NCBI GenBank assembly: GCA_965202585.1
Contig: OZ241827.1
Location: 23,374,001-23,438,000 of the forward strand
Direction: 5' to 3'
DNA: 64,000 bases
Source: Thalia democratica
Taxonomy: Eukaryota
A program made the translations under genes and the position numbers. Shown here piece after piece: positions 1-13,800 of the stretch (within the stretch, counting starts at the first letter, position 1; each line of letters begins with the position of its first letter). The notes under the pieces were generated by a model that was not told the DNA's origin, ran no database searches, and saw only the letters and a list, made by a program, of their open reading frames with translations.

Positions 1-2563
1 AAATGCTTATGGGTGTTGCTAATGTATCTTATCCTGATAAATTTGGCTCAAAAGCAAGTGAGTTTTCTTAACTTAATTTGTCATACTTAAAATAAAGTGA
101 TCTGCATAAAAAATTTATTTAGATTATAGTAAATTAAATATAAATACTAAAGAGAATTTAAAGTGTTTTTAATTTAACTAAACTGTTATTTTTTATAAGA
201 TTAAGTCTGAGAAGCTTTCTAAAAAATTTACTTCCGAATCCTGTATGGTCACATTTTTTCCTAAAATAGAAGAAAATTTAATGAAAGACGGAAAATCTAC
301 AATGATAGGAAAAACAGACAACTTCCAGCTAGACAAGGTAAATACTCAAAAATTTATTAGTTTTTTCCTAACTTTTAACTGTTATATTATAATTATTTAG
401 TAAAATCCTCACTGGCTTATTAATATCAAGTAGTTGTTGAAGTTTTTTTATCAACTTCATTATTATTTTTTATTAGGTTAAGTCTGAGAAGCTTTCTGAT
501 AACTGTACCTTCGAATCCTGCTTAATTTATTATGTTCCTAAAGTAGAAGAAAATTTAATGAAATACCGAAAAATTACAATGACAGCTAAACCAGACAACT
601 TCAAACTAGACAAGGTAAATGCTCTAAATTTTATTATTTTTTTCCTAACTGTTAACTTTTATAGTGTAACTAGTAAGTAAAATTTTATTTAATTTAATAA
701 TATCAAGTAGTTTTTCAAGTTTATTTATCAACTTCAGTATTACTTTTTATTAGGTTGAGTCTAAGAAGCCTTCTGATAACTGTACCCCCGAGTCCTGTCT
801 AATTTATTATGTTCCTAAAGTAGAAGAAAATTTAATGAAATACCGAAAAATTACAATGACAGCAAAAACAGACAACTTTCAACTAGACAAGGTAAATACT
901 CTAAATTTTATTATTTTTTTCCTAACTGTTAACTTTTATAGTATAACTAGTAGGTAAAATTTTATTTAATTTATTAATATCAAGTAGTTTTTCAAGTTTA
1001 TTTATCAACTTCAGTATTATTTTTTATTAGGTTGAGTCTAAGAAGCTTTTTGATAACTGTACCCCCGAATCCTGTCTGAACAAATTTCTTCCTAAAGTAG
1101 AAGAACAATTTATGAAATACCGAAAAATTACAATGACAGCTAAACCAGACAACTTCCAACTAGACAAGGTAAATGCTCTAAATTTTATTAGTTTTTTCCT
1201 AACTTTTAATTTTTATAGTATGACTAGTAAGTGAAATTTTATTTAGTTTATTTGAAGTAAGTAGTTTTTCAAGTTTATTTATCAACTTCAGTATTACTTT
1301 TTATTAGGTTGAGTCTGAGAAGCTTTCTGATAACTGTATCCCCGAATCCTGTCTAATTTATTATGTTCCTAAAGTAGAAGAAAATTTAATGAAATACCGA
1401 AAAATTACAATGACAGCAAAACCAGACAACTTCCAACTAGACAAGGTAAATGCACTAAATTTTATTAGTTTTTTCCTAACTTTTAACTTTTATAGTATAA
1501 CTAGTAAGTAAAATTTTATTTAGTTTATTAATATCAAGTAGTTTTTCAAGTTTATTTATCAACTTCAGTATTACTTTTTATTAGGTTAAGTCTGAGAAGC
1601 TTTCTGATAACTGTACCCCCGAATCCTGTCTAATTTATTATGTTCCTAAAGTAGAAGAAAATTTAATGAAATACCGAAAAATTACAATGACAGCAAAAAC
1701 AGACAACTTCAAACTAGACAAGGTAAATACTCTAAATTTTATTATTTTTTTCCTAACTGTTAACTTTTATAGTATAACTAGTAAGTAAAATTTTATTTAG
1801 TTTATTAATATCAAGTAGTTTTTCAAGTTTATTTATCAACTTCAGTATTACTTTTTATTAGGTTAAGTCTGAGAAGCCTTCTGATAACTGTACCCCCGAG
1901 TCCTGTCTAATTTATTATGTTCCTAAAGTAGAAGAAAATTTAATGAAATACCGAAAAATTACAATGACAGCAAAACCAGACAACTTCCAACTAGACAAGG
2001 TAAATGCTCTAAATTTTATTATTTTTTTCCTAACTTTTAATTTTTATAGTATGACTAGTAAGTAAAATTTTATTTTTTAGTAGTAAGTAGTTTTTCAAGT
2101 TTATTTATCAACTTCAGTATTACTTTTTATTAGGTTAAGTCTGAGAAGCTTTCTGATAACTGTACCCCCGAATCCTGTCTAATTTATTATGTTCCTAAAG
2201 TAGAAGAAAATTAAATGAAATACCGAAAAATTACAATGACAGCAAAAACAGACAACTTCAAACTAGACAAGGTAAATACTCTAAATTTTATTATTTTTTT
2301 CCTAACTGTTAACTTTTATAGTATAACTAGTAAGTAAAATTTTATTTAATTTAATAATATCAAGTAGTTTTTCAAGTTTATTTATCAACTTCAGTATTAC
2401 TTTTTATTAGGTTGAGTCTAAGAAGCTTTTTGATAACTGTACCCCCGAATCCTGTCTGAACAAATTTCTTCCTAAAGTAGAAGAACAATTTATGAAATAC
2501 CGAAAAATTACAATGACAGGAAGACCATACAACAAGAAAACTAATAACTTTATGTTTATTTAG
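1..2563 (+). CDS. 3' part of an uncharacterised gene made of tandem 138-nt exons encoding a 46-aa repeat (5' end lies outside the window)
   Basis: Exons 1-57 (KCLWVLLMYLILINLAQKQ, donor GTGAGT), 200-337, 477-614, 754-891, 1031-1168, 1308-1445, 1585-1722, 1862-1999, 2134-2271 and 2411-2563 (ends at TAG). Each internal unit is AG|138 nt|GTAAAT, phase 0-0, with consensus VKSEKLSDNCTPESCLIYYVPKVEENLMKYRKITMTAKPDNFQLDK. Eight of nine units are open; unit 8 has TAA at 2212-2214. No recognised homolog. Confidence 0.65.
180..2520. repeat. Tandem array of about nine copies of a 277-bp unit (138-nt exon plus 139-nt intron; one intron is 134 nt)
   Basis: Unit starts at 200, 477, 754, 1031, 1308, 1585, 1862, 2134 and 2411. 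Units 2-9 are highly similar and unit 1 is the most diverged. Confidence 0.97.
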
Positions 2564-5500
2564 TTTATATAAACTGACTTAACGCTGTATGTAATCAAAT
2601 GTAAACAATCATGACTAGTTTTCTAATATCTTATGTGGATTAACAGTTTTTTTTTACCTTTAAATTTTGTTCGTTTTTTCAGGAGGAATCTTAAAGTGTA
2701 ATAAGTAGTTACCTGTAAATCTTGCTTTTATTAAAACTCCTTGATTCAATTACCTGCATGGTTTTCAAAACCGTACTTGCAAAAATAGTTCTAAAACCAC
2801 TTAATCTTACTTTTTAGTTCATGTATACAATTTTTGTTTGATGGTTTTTGTTTTATGTTACTGCTGTATAAACACGTTTATAATTTTGAAATAATAAATC
2901 CTAAACACTACACAAAGAGTTTTATATTAGTAACATGTTAAGTAATAATGAAATAAGCACCTTAAACGGGAAAATCGTTTAAAACATTTAGTTATTTTTG
3001 GACTTTCAAGTAATATCAAGCTGATATATTTTAGTTTAGTCCAAAAATTTATAGCTTCTAATTGTTTAGATTAAACACTGCGTTTTGATTTAAAAAATAT
3101 TTCAATTTTTCAAAAGTAAGACACGTCATCAGTCAGTTTTTATCGCTTAAATACTTCATTGTTTCGTAATCGTACAATACGTACTCAACTTAAGTAGCTT
3201 CTGCGTCAAAAAATCTACCTGCAGTTATAATAATTGCAAGTTTTTATTATTTATAGTTAAAAATATCACTTTACAAACCAAATTAGTAAAAATATATTTT
3301 GTTAGTATAGGCTAGGCTTATTCTATGAATTAAGCTAAAAACACTGAAAAATTTGCTAAAAAAAACTTTATCAACATTTATTAATGGTACAAAGACCAAA
3401 CTTATTAAAAAAAAATGATTAAAACATTCAACTAGTTGAAAAAAAAATTAAATATTAAATATTAGTACTCTAAACTTTTTATTGATCAATAACCTTAAAA
3501 TGCATTTATAGAATATACCCTGTTATAATCAAATAGTTAGTGAAGTGTGCATTCTAAGAACGTATTAAAATTTGAACTTGAAGTTAAAGTTTCAAAGTAC
3601 CCTTATTTTTAACATTTTAATAGTCTTGCTTATGAACTATGATTAGCACAGTTGTATTAAACCACACAAATGTTTAAGAAAAACCGGTGATAAAAAAGAA
3701 TAGTGTATTTCAAATAAAAATTTAAAGCTTGAAACTTACTATTGTAGTCCTCCAAGGCCTGAGGTAGGAACTACCTTTATTCGGGGAAGTCCCCTTTTTT
3801 GAACGCTTCTAGCGTTTAGCTCTTAAGGCTTTTACTGAACTTACCTTACTCATAAGGTTTAACTTAGTAATTAATAAATTGTAATAAAGTTAATATAAAC
3901 AATTTCTTTAATGAAGTGAGTTTATTGAATTTGTGATATTCATATGATAACTAGAAAGCAGAATGACAAAGCAGCCAATTTATCAGTAGAATAAAACTGC
4001 GAATATAAAACACAACAAGTAAACACCAAATTTTACAAATTAAAATGTCTTAATAATGTTCTTAAAGTGTCTGAATGTCACAATCTTAAACACAAAATAG
4101 GTCTTACTAACAATACTACTAATGATACAGAGTCTTAATATATGTCGTGCTTCATGCACAACGATGGCTAAACTCAGCGCAATATAATACGATAATGTAA
4201 ATAAACATCAAGATCTTATAAAATTAAAATAATAAAAAAGTTCCTATAATCAATTCATGTGCCTCTCGCACGGTCTTATGACTTAACTGAGCACATTACA
4301 ATACAGCAATACAATTAAACATAAAGTTCTTATAAAATGACAATCATAACAAAGTTCTTAAACTCAATCAGTGTCTTAAGTTCTTAGAATTAATGTTCTT
4401 TCTGCGCGATCTTATGGCTAACTGAGCCAAAAACAAAAATAACGAACAACATATCGAGCTGCGCGTAGTGCGCAAGCTAGAGGCTAATGAGCATTATAAC
4501 AAACATTTTTAAATTTTTCCTGGTGATTTGATATAAAATCGTCTAACGACCCCTTGCGGTCATTTAAAATACAACAAAATGCATATTTTGTTACACCATA
4601 ACGGTGTAATTTCAATGCTGTTTTGAAAAACTATCAATAGTTTGTATATGTTAAATGCCACTAATGTCAGATGTTATCTCTGTTGTTCAGTTTAAAAATC
4701 ATTCCGTCAACTGCCACGTATCAGTTTTTTTTCTTAAGCAGATAACATGATTTACTCAATAAAAAGCTTTTATTCTCAAAAGAAGTTATAAAGATCGTAT
4801 AGTAGGTTCTTCAAATTAAATAAGATAATAAAAGTTTGTGAAACTGGTTTTAATCATACTTTTCTGTACTTTAACCTAAGCTTTATTTAGATTATTATTA
4901 ATTAAATTGCTTGTTGTAGTTAAATGACTTATTGATGTTAGAAGAAAAAGAAGGTTTTCGCATAAACTTATATTATCATATCAAAAATACCTGATTCTAG
5001 TTCGATATGATATGTATTATATTAAAATACGTTTAAATAACACAATCTACGTAATTATAATTTATTAAAAAGACTTCAATTCTAAAAATGTGGTGTTTTA
5101 TGTAATGTTTTACATTAAACAAATCTACATAAATCAAAGAAAAAAGTAGTAATAAAAATAAAATACTAGACATAGTTTAACAAAATGAGGTGTAGTTTAT
5201 TATTTGTTTTAAGACTTAAATCTCTAAGTAAAGCTTTTTTTTTAATGTCAGCAGCATTTGTAAACAATATTTATGTTTTAAACTACTTAGTATAATAAAC
5301 TTCTATATAAATGAATATTCTTTCATTATTAATCTTTAATATATTTTAAATACTTTTTAGTTTACAAACTTTAAGAGTGAAAATATATTTTTCACTACAA
5401 TCACTGCCAACCGTTAAAAATTAGTTTTGTATGTTTTTCAAAATAATAAAGCTAAAGTTTTTAACAGCCTAAACATAAATTAAGAACAAAAATCACTAAA

Positions 5501-7828
5501 ATTAAATTCTACTATAAACGTTTAGTTTAAAAAGAGTGTATATGACACTATTAGTATAAGTTTAATTATTTTAAAAGCATTGTAATAACAAACACTTTGA
5601 ATCTTATAGTTTATTTAGATTTAAAACAAAAAAAAAGTATAAAGCTTAATAAAAATTAAACTTTTGATCCATATTTATTTGTAACAAAAATATACATCCA
5701 AATAGAAGACCAAAGAAAAGCCTCACTCACTAAAAGTTAAATAAAAAGCCGAGTTTTTGTGAAATAAAATTAACTTTATATACGGTAGGCATTTTGTAGA
5801 TGGATGGAACCACCAGGCTACGCGTGGAAACACTGTTGCTCCACATAGAAAAAAAAAATGAAAAACAAAGCGTACAAAAAAATCAAGTCTTAAATTTAAA
5901 GTTTTCAAAAATGCTGCTTGAAATGGGGCACTGCAAATGGAGCAGTACCACCTCGAACTAAATTAAAATAACTTCATCTTAAAGCAAAGGAGTTGAGTGA
6001 AAATGTTAAGAATAGGAAGCGCTCACGGCTCAAGACAAAATTTAGAGGATTATTTTAACGAGTAATTTTTTTCCTTAAACAAAATACCACGCAACATTGC
6101 TGTTTAAAACTAAACTGTTTCTTTAACTTAATACGCAACTTACGTATTTACAGCCAAGAAGAAAGCCAAAAAAAAAACTCTTTAAAAAGTCAAAAAAAAA
6201 AGGTACAACTCAATAACTATTTAAAAAAGACCCGTAAAATCTGATTAGAAATTAATTTCAAAAAAATATTTCGAATACTTAAAGTCATTGATAATGAAAA
6301 AATTGCAATGAAGCAGATGTATTTTAGATTAAAATTTTATTACAAGTTTAATACTATTATGATCAAAATTCCATTACTTTCTTTTTATAATTTTGCTGTT
6401 TTGCATTATTAAACGCTTTAACAAATAAAATGTTAGTGTTAAATATAGAGTTTTAGCTAAAGTTTGATGCTTTAGTAAAAAAACATCACATCAAAACGAC
6501 CGCTACTTTTAATTGTTTTAAACTTGATTTTTTGTACCTTTATTCATTATAGCATATATTCTTTTTTTTTTAATACTAGTTATTGTAATAAATAAAGTGT
6601 AATATAAATACTTCGAACCTTTATTGTATTTCTTATATCTTGTGGGTAATAACTATTTTCTAAGCACTTTTTGCCAAAAGCTTTTTTTATTTAATGTAAG
6701 TAATTTTTTTAGTATTTCGGTAAACACTTTTTCAGTGATCAATTAAAATTTAGATTTTTTTTACAAACATCATAGAAAACATACTCTAATATAAATTGTA
6801 GAACATCAGCTTCATATTAATTTTATTCTCTTTCTGCCTTTTAGTTTTTAAAACTTTTATATAACTTGATTGTGCATTGCACTTGAAACTTAGTAGACGA
6901 TTGATTAAATCGAGAAAAATATACATACGATTGCGTTCTGCAGTATTACATCAAATAAAAAAAGTTATGACTTAAATGACTTGTAGACTATCTTAAACAT
7001 ACATGAACGACTTATAAGTCAGAAAGTATTGTATACCTTTACAAAACGATTAAACCTGTTAACATTATATATAAGGTTTAGGTTGCATGTTTTAATTTTC
7101 GTGTTTTAACTAAATCATGGCATTTTGCACATTAAACGTTACAGTAGTTCTGTTAATAAATTTATGCAGTACATAATTAGAATTCAAAAACATATAAAAC
7201 ATAACTAAAGTAATTACTTAGTTTCATTTTAATAACGGGTTATCTAGTTGTGCTTAAATAAAAAACTAGACATCAATTTGGTATTTGAAAAATAGCAAAC
7301 AACTTTTAATTGTATAAAGTTTGGTTTGTTTAAAAAAACAAAGTGTATACTGTAATAAGTTAGTATTGACGGAAATCGATTTGTTAAAACTCTTAATTTT
7401 CGTTTTAAATTAACTTCACATCTATATCAATTTTTTTTTTTTTTAAATTTTAGTAAAATCTAAAACTTGTAAGGCTGATTGTTTAGTTTTTCTTAGATAA
7501 TTTTTTTTAGTTGAAGATTCATAGTTCTTTTTAGCTCGAGGTCGAGATGCAAAGAGGTGAAACTTGACAGGTTTAAAATAATTTTGCTTTTTAAAAAAGG
7601 TTGAAAACGTTTATTTATCTGAAAAATTCAAAGAATTCTAGTAATGTAGTAAACTTTAAAAATTATTATTTAAAAAATACTTAAAACATAATAAATTGAA
7701 TAACTTTAATTGTCTAAATCTAAAAAGAACAACAGTTTATTGAAAATGCAAATGAAAACGATAAAAGACACAAAAAAATAAATATTACGATTGAACAAAA
7801 CCTTCTAAGCTTCTTACACTTTTGCTCT

Positions 7829-10800
7829 TTATGCGTTCGACTGAAAAAAGCAATGTTAGTTATTTGTATTTAATTAATTAACAACATTAAATAATAATAA
7901 AAGTACGTATTAAAAATTTTTATAAAAGGTTTTACTCATTTTATTTAAGTAAGTTAAAAATGCTGTTTTTGTTAAAGCTCTAACTTAAGAATAAAGTTAA
8001 AACAGTTTTTCTAAATAACCAAAAAATTTACCGTAGGCTGTAAGTAAGCACCTAACAAAGTTTGCCTCTAATCGACTGATGTCATGCATTTTATTATTAC
8101 TTTTACTTACCCCAAACGCCATAGGGTTATCGAAACCCTTGCTCTGATCTTTGTTGTAAGTCGTGTCGGGAACAGACGTGCTCTTTGATGAAGAATTCTT
8201 CTTGTAGTAGATTCCACCAAACACTGCGGCCGCTATGACAACTATCAACGCAAGTATTATTCCGAACACGGCACCGCCTGAAAATTATTAAACAGAGAAA
8301 TTGATAGGCTCCAACTAAAGTCATAAACAAAACTGACTAGATAACAAAATAACTCAAGTTAAGATTTTGTTTGTAAAAAAAAGTTATCATATATTTCACA
8401 AAAACTAGTTTTTTTTAATAAATGTTTATTTGATAGTAAAGAGGCAAGAGTGAAGTCTTTAACTTTTTTAATTTAGTTGAAATTGTATCGTAAATCATAA
8501 GATGAGCTATTATATATATTAACCTGACAACCCAGTGCTAGAATCATCTTTGGACGGGTCAACTGGATTAATTGGTTGTCCGCCAGATCCTAAAAGTTGT
8601 TCGATTATATTTTAAAATTTTTACTAGTTTAAATGCTTTAGAAGTGGCCAAGGTTAGTTCAAAAACATATTGATATAAGTTACAACTATAAGTAACTTAA
8701 CTATGAAAAGTCAAGTTTTAAAAAGTAATGTTTTTTCAGTGAAATAAATATGTTAAATTTAATTTAAAACTACATTATTTTATAAATAATGCTGATAGCA
8801 GTTTTTTTTTAAAGGTGTTTTTTTACAAGCGTTACGTTTAAAAAAGCTATGAAGTCGAAAGAAACAACTACAACACTGCATGTAACACAACACGATGTTT
8901 TCAATTATGACGTCACACAACCTGACGGGTAGAAGCACCCAGTGATGTTGCCTCCGGCGAAAGTTCTGTCCCAGCAGCAGCCCCTGCTCTCAACACACTG
9001 GTCTTCGGTGATTCCCGCGAATCCGCACTCATCACGTTCGTTCACCGCCACCTTGCATACCGAGTATTCTGTTGAATATTTCGAATGTTGAGTATGTGTT
9101 TTCTCGAAATACTTAATGACTTGATCGTTTATAAGTGATATTAAGCTTTTTTAAGGTTAAGTTTTGTTGTTTTTGTTTTACATAGACACGTTCTTATAAG
9201 TTAGACCTGTAACACCTTAGTTTTTCATTCTGAATATTCAAAGTTTTTTTTATTCAATGTTTAAAGTCTTTTTATCGTTTTTTTATATAAAACAGATAAG
9301 AACTTCGAAATGACTTTGATTTTCATGTTCTATTTTATTAGAAATATTTATAAGTTTTATTATAAACATTGGAAAAAGTTTAATGTCTTTTATGACTAAA
9401 TACAAAAGAATATATTTTTTTAATAGTTATAAAAACACTAGTAAATAAAGATTTCTTTTGGGATGTATAATGTAGAAAAAATATAAGTTGTTTCAATTCT
9501 TAAAAAACTCAACTAGTTAAAATATGTTTTTTAAAACTAAATAAACTTTTAAAAAAATATCTAAAATTGAACCTAATTTTCTTAATTTAAAAATTGAATT
9601 TAAAAAAAAATCAATTCAACTACAACACAAAACGTTTCATACAAAAAAAAAGTTCTCAACCACAAAGCTTAAATCCTACAAAGTTAAAAAATCTATACTT
9701 TTTTCAAACCTTTAGGCCTCTTGCAGACGAACCCCCTGGTTTCGTAGCAGGGCACGTCGTTCCAGCTGCCGTCCCACGGGTACATCTCCACGCACTCCTC
9801 CCCGTCCTGGCCGTTCGGCTCCCCGTTCGCCCAGTTCGAGTACTGGTAAGGAGAACTGTCGCTCCACGTCCATCCCTCTGTATGTGACTCGTTTAGTTTG
9901 TATTAACTTTTTTATACTGCCAATTTTTGAGTACTGAATAGTTTTTCGGGTTGTGTTTTTTAGCAGTTTAGTTGTCAAATTTTCAGTTAAATTTATGGAA
10001 TTTTACTGAACCTATTCCGTTTTAGCCAAGTTTACTAAGTTACAAATAAGTTTTTTTTAAATAGTAAATTAATTTGACAAAAACTTTTGAACATTTCAAA
10101 ACTCACCGTATCCGTTGCTTCTGAGGCCGATGTACAAATTGTGGTAGTTGGGTGAAATCTTGTCGACCAACTGTTTAACTTCTTCTGGGCTGTGAAAGCT
10201 CGCAAGCTCGGCGTTTCGCTTCTTGCATGAAAAGTCCGCCTCCGCCCATGTTTTTGTTTCAGAAGTATATATTCCGGGCTGAAAAATAACTTCCGTAAGC
10301 TAGATTACTAAGCTTGATAGAATATTTTACTAGTTATTGTTTTTTTCACATCATATCGTGAAGTAACATCTATTTTTTAATTCTATTTCAATAAAGTAAT
10401 GTGAATAACAGTATTATACATCCGCGATAGAACGTAAATGGAAACTTGCCGTTTTTTGCTACTTTTATTAATACTAACTTTAAAAATGGAAAAGCTTAGT
10501 TTTTTAGTTGTTCTTAATTAGCACTTGGTAAAAACTACATTTTGTTTCTGTACAAATTACTTCAAGGCCAGAAAAAAATAAGTTTTGCCTAGCAACGAAC
10601 CTCTACATAGTAACAGTCCCTTCCGTCGCTGAACAACCAGTCGTTGTCGCAAACTCCGTCTTCAACGGGGGTTTCCGGGGGAGGGGGAATTTCCTGCAGA
10701 ATTTTCTTGCAAACATAGGGGAGCTGGGTGTTGCAGTTTACCCCCTGAAGCTGGTTGCTAAGCACCTGCCACCTTCCGTTGCTGTGTTATGAAAATTGCG

Positions 10801-13800
10801 TTCATTATTTAAGATGTTTAAATTGATTAAGTCGGTGATTGTAAAACAAAAAGGTTGAAATTAATATTTTATGTTATTTTCTTGCTCTTTTTATATGTGT
10901 TTTAATTAATAAGGCTATACAAAAAGTTTTACCCAAATGCTTAAATTTAAGTATGTTTTGAAACTAATATAATTTTTAAACTTCTTTCAACTCTATTTTT
11001 TTTGTTTCACAGTTTGTTTAAGATACTTTCTATAAAAAACAAAATCAACAAACTTCATCATTCTTCCACAGCCAGTGCCGGCCTGCAATGCCTCACCATT
11101 CGGCTGTTGAGTGTCCCAATTGGTGTATGTAACCGGCCAAGTGTCCGTCCACTTGTAGTTCGCCCTGGCTGCTGCTTGGTCCTTGAATTATTTTATAAAT
11201 CTATAACTTTAAGTAGACGTAACTCGGTTAACGTACTACTTAGCTTTAAAATGTTTCACTAATTGTTTGGTAATTTTTTTTTATATTTTAAGAAAAATAT
11301 TTAATATTCAGAACATAACGTCGTTTTACTTTATATTCAGTAATAATCAACTCTTATGCTATCATCCGGTGTATTTTTTTAATATTCCGTCAAAAAGTTA
11401 AATATGAAGCTTTCAATTGTACCTTCCTAGCGAAATCTTAATGAAATACATCGGAGTAATAACGTATGAGTCGTTTTGATTTGTACTAAATGTACATGGA
11501 TAAAGCTAAAGTAAGTAAAAAAGTTTAAACAGTTTTCACAAAACTGATCGAACTTTACTTGTTTTACTCTGGGTTATAAAAACTATACTTTTTGAAAATA
11601 TAGTTTGTATTTGAGTTTTTATTTTATTAGCAGAACAAGCTACACACAATAATAGTTTCTTTATGCTGTAAGGTAAAAAATGTGTGAAAAAAAACTAACA
11701 ACTTCAAAAGTCAGTCCAAACCACACGGAATCAGTAGTAACTTGCTGGAAGAAGTAACTGAAGAGAAGGTCATTCTCGTACAGTTCTGCAACACTGGCCA
11801 ACTCTATTCCTTGGCCTACAAAAAAAACAGTATCAAAGATTACAAAAATATTTCATTATTCAATATGCTTCAACTAAAACTAAAATTTAAATTTACAATA
11901 TTTGTACAAACTCTCTAAAAATAAAAGTCCCACCTTCGTTCTTGCAGGCCTGCTGGGCCGCGGACCAGGTGTTGGGGGTGGTGACCAGTTTGAAGCACGC
12001 CTGGCTGCCAACCGACGAGTAGTAACCTGCGGGGCACCCGATGGGAGAGGTGGTCGCCGGGGGAGCGGGTAGCTGAGGGGATTTCCTCGTTGAGCAGACG
12101 AAGGGGATCTGCTGGGAGCAGTCGAGGTCGTTCCACTCCCCATGCACGTTCCCGGTTATCCGCATCTCCACGCAGTTCTCCTGCGATTATCCGTTTGTTA
12201 ATTGTTAGAAAAAATATTACCTACTTGTTGCAATTAACAACACATTTTCAATTAACAAGTTTGTTTGAGCAATAGTTACAAAATTATTTTCCTTTAAAAG
12301 GTTAAGTATAAGATAGTCAGATAAATTTAGACATAAGGTTTTAATCAGTTAATGCTTACTAAAAGCGTTATTTTTTAAACAGCAACACTATAGCCACGAT
12401 ACAAGAATGAATGTTACGATCTATTTATTAATTCATCAAAGACAAACTAACATATCCACCGCTTGGTTCTCCGGGCTGCCAGTTCGTGTAAACGTAATCT
12501 GATTGGTCGATCCAAACGAAGTATCCCGTGTTTCTGTCGGTCAGACCAATCCAAAAGTTGTTCGCGTCTCCCCATAAGAAGTTAACGAGGAAAGCCTGAT
12601 TTCAAATAGTTATTAAAAGCTGTTTTAAACTAACCGGCTAATTTGATTAATATAAATGAACAGCTTTCTTACAATTGTTTCTTATTACCTTTAGTGTTTT
12701 GATCAAATTGTAATAAAGAACATACAACTAACTTATTTCGGCTTATTTTTAATAAACAAAAAACATCAGGATTATAATTCTTTGATTTTCTTATAATTAA
12801 ATTTATTGTATATACAATATGAAAAGTTTGCTTAATCCATATTGAATGTTAATCTTATTTTATCACACGTATTTTTTTATACACTGTTAGTGTACAAACT
12901 TGCTCGTATTCGTTGGTTATCGATGCCAATTCTCCACCCTTGTCGTTGCACCACGCCCTTGCCGATGTCCAATCCAATGCGACCTGTAAGTTGTTTTATT
13001 TTCGTATTTACATTTATGTATTGTTTTTTAACATGTTTATTAATTTTTTTTGTTTTGATTGGTTTGGTCAAATCATGAGCCAAAACCAACTTAGTAACAC
13101 ATTTGTTGTTCGAATATTTATTGATACAAAAATGTAATCTAACGAAACCTGTTTCGATGTATTAAAATGTAGGTAATATAGTATTTAAAAAGACTTAATT
13201 GTTATTAAATTCAGTCATAAAAATACATATTAATCTTATTTTTCTAGAAACTCAATGCCTTTGTTTGTTGTTGAGCAGAATATTACAAAAAATTAACAAT
13301 CATACGTCAACCTACAGTTTCTAACCAAGTGTAATGCAGGAGTACTTTAAAGAAATATTCTAGAATGCTTCAAACCCATAAGTTATACGCGAATTAAGCT
13401 CATTTTTTGAACGTAGGTGTATCTTTTAAACTTTAATTTTATTTTAAGAACTTTTTTATGTTTCAGTAGTACTACTTCAAATATTGAATATTTGCTTTAA
13501 TAGATAAATAACACAACAATCATGCATAGGAAACCGAACAACCTGAACTCTTCAAAAGTGAAACAAACCTCTTTGCTGCTCATGTAGCAGTTGTTTCCGT
13601 ATTCGGTAAAACCCCCGGGACAGTAACCTTGTTGCGGGAGGGTGGGAGGGACGGTGACGGAAGATGAGGAGAGGAACTTTTCGCAGATGAAGTGGTTTGA
13701 CGCTCCGCAATTCTCATCGTTCCAGAGAGCGGTGTCCGAGTATATGTTGACACAATCTGTATATATACGATTTTGTTGTTTAGTATTTTTTATTATTATT

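Noticed and set aside
200-2520. CRISPR-like or pure satellite interpretation of the 277-bp array
   Set aside because: There are no unique spacers, the context is eukaryotic, and units carry exact in-phase splice sites with an open 46-codon frame.
4405-4430. Pol III A-box-like TGGCTCAGTTAG on the minus strand (tRNA/SINE)
   Set aside because: No B-box or cloverleaf is present at a suitable distance.
5723-5908. ORF 5723-5908 and other AT-rich short ORFs (12842+, 16500-, 34454+, 35104+, 39346-, 62188+, 62198-)
   Set aside because: They are low-complexity F/L/I/K-rich translations with no motifs or splice support.
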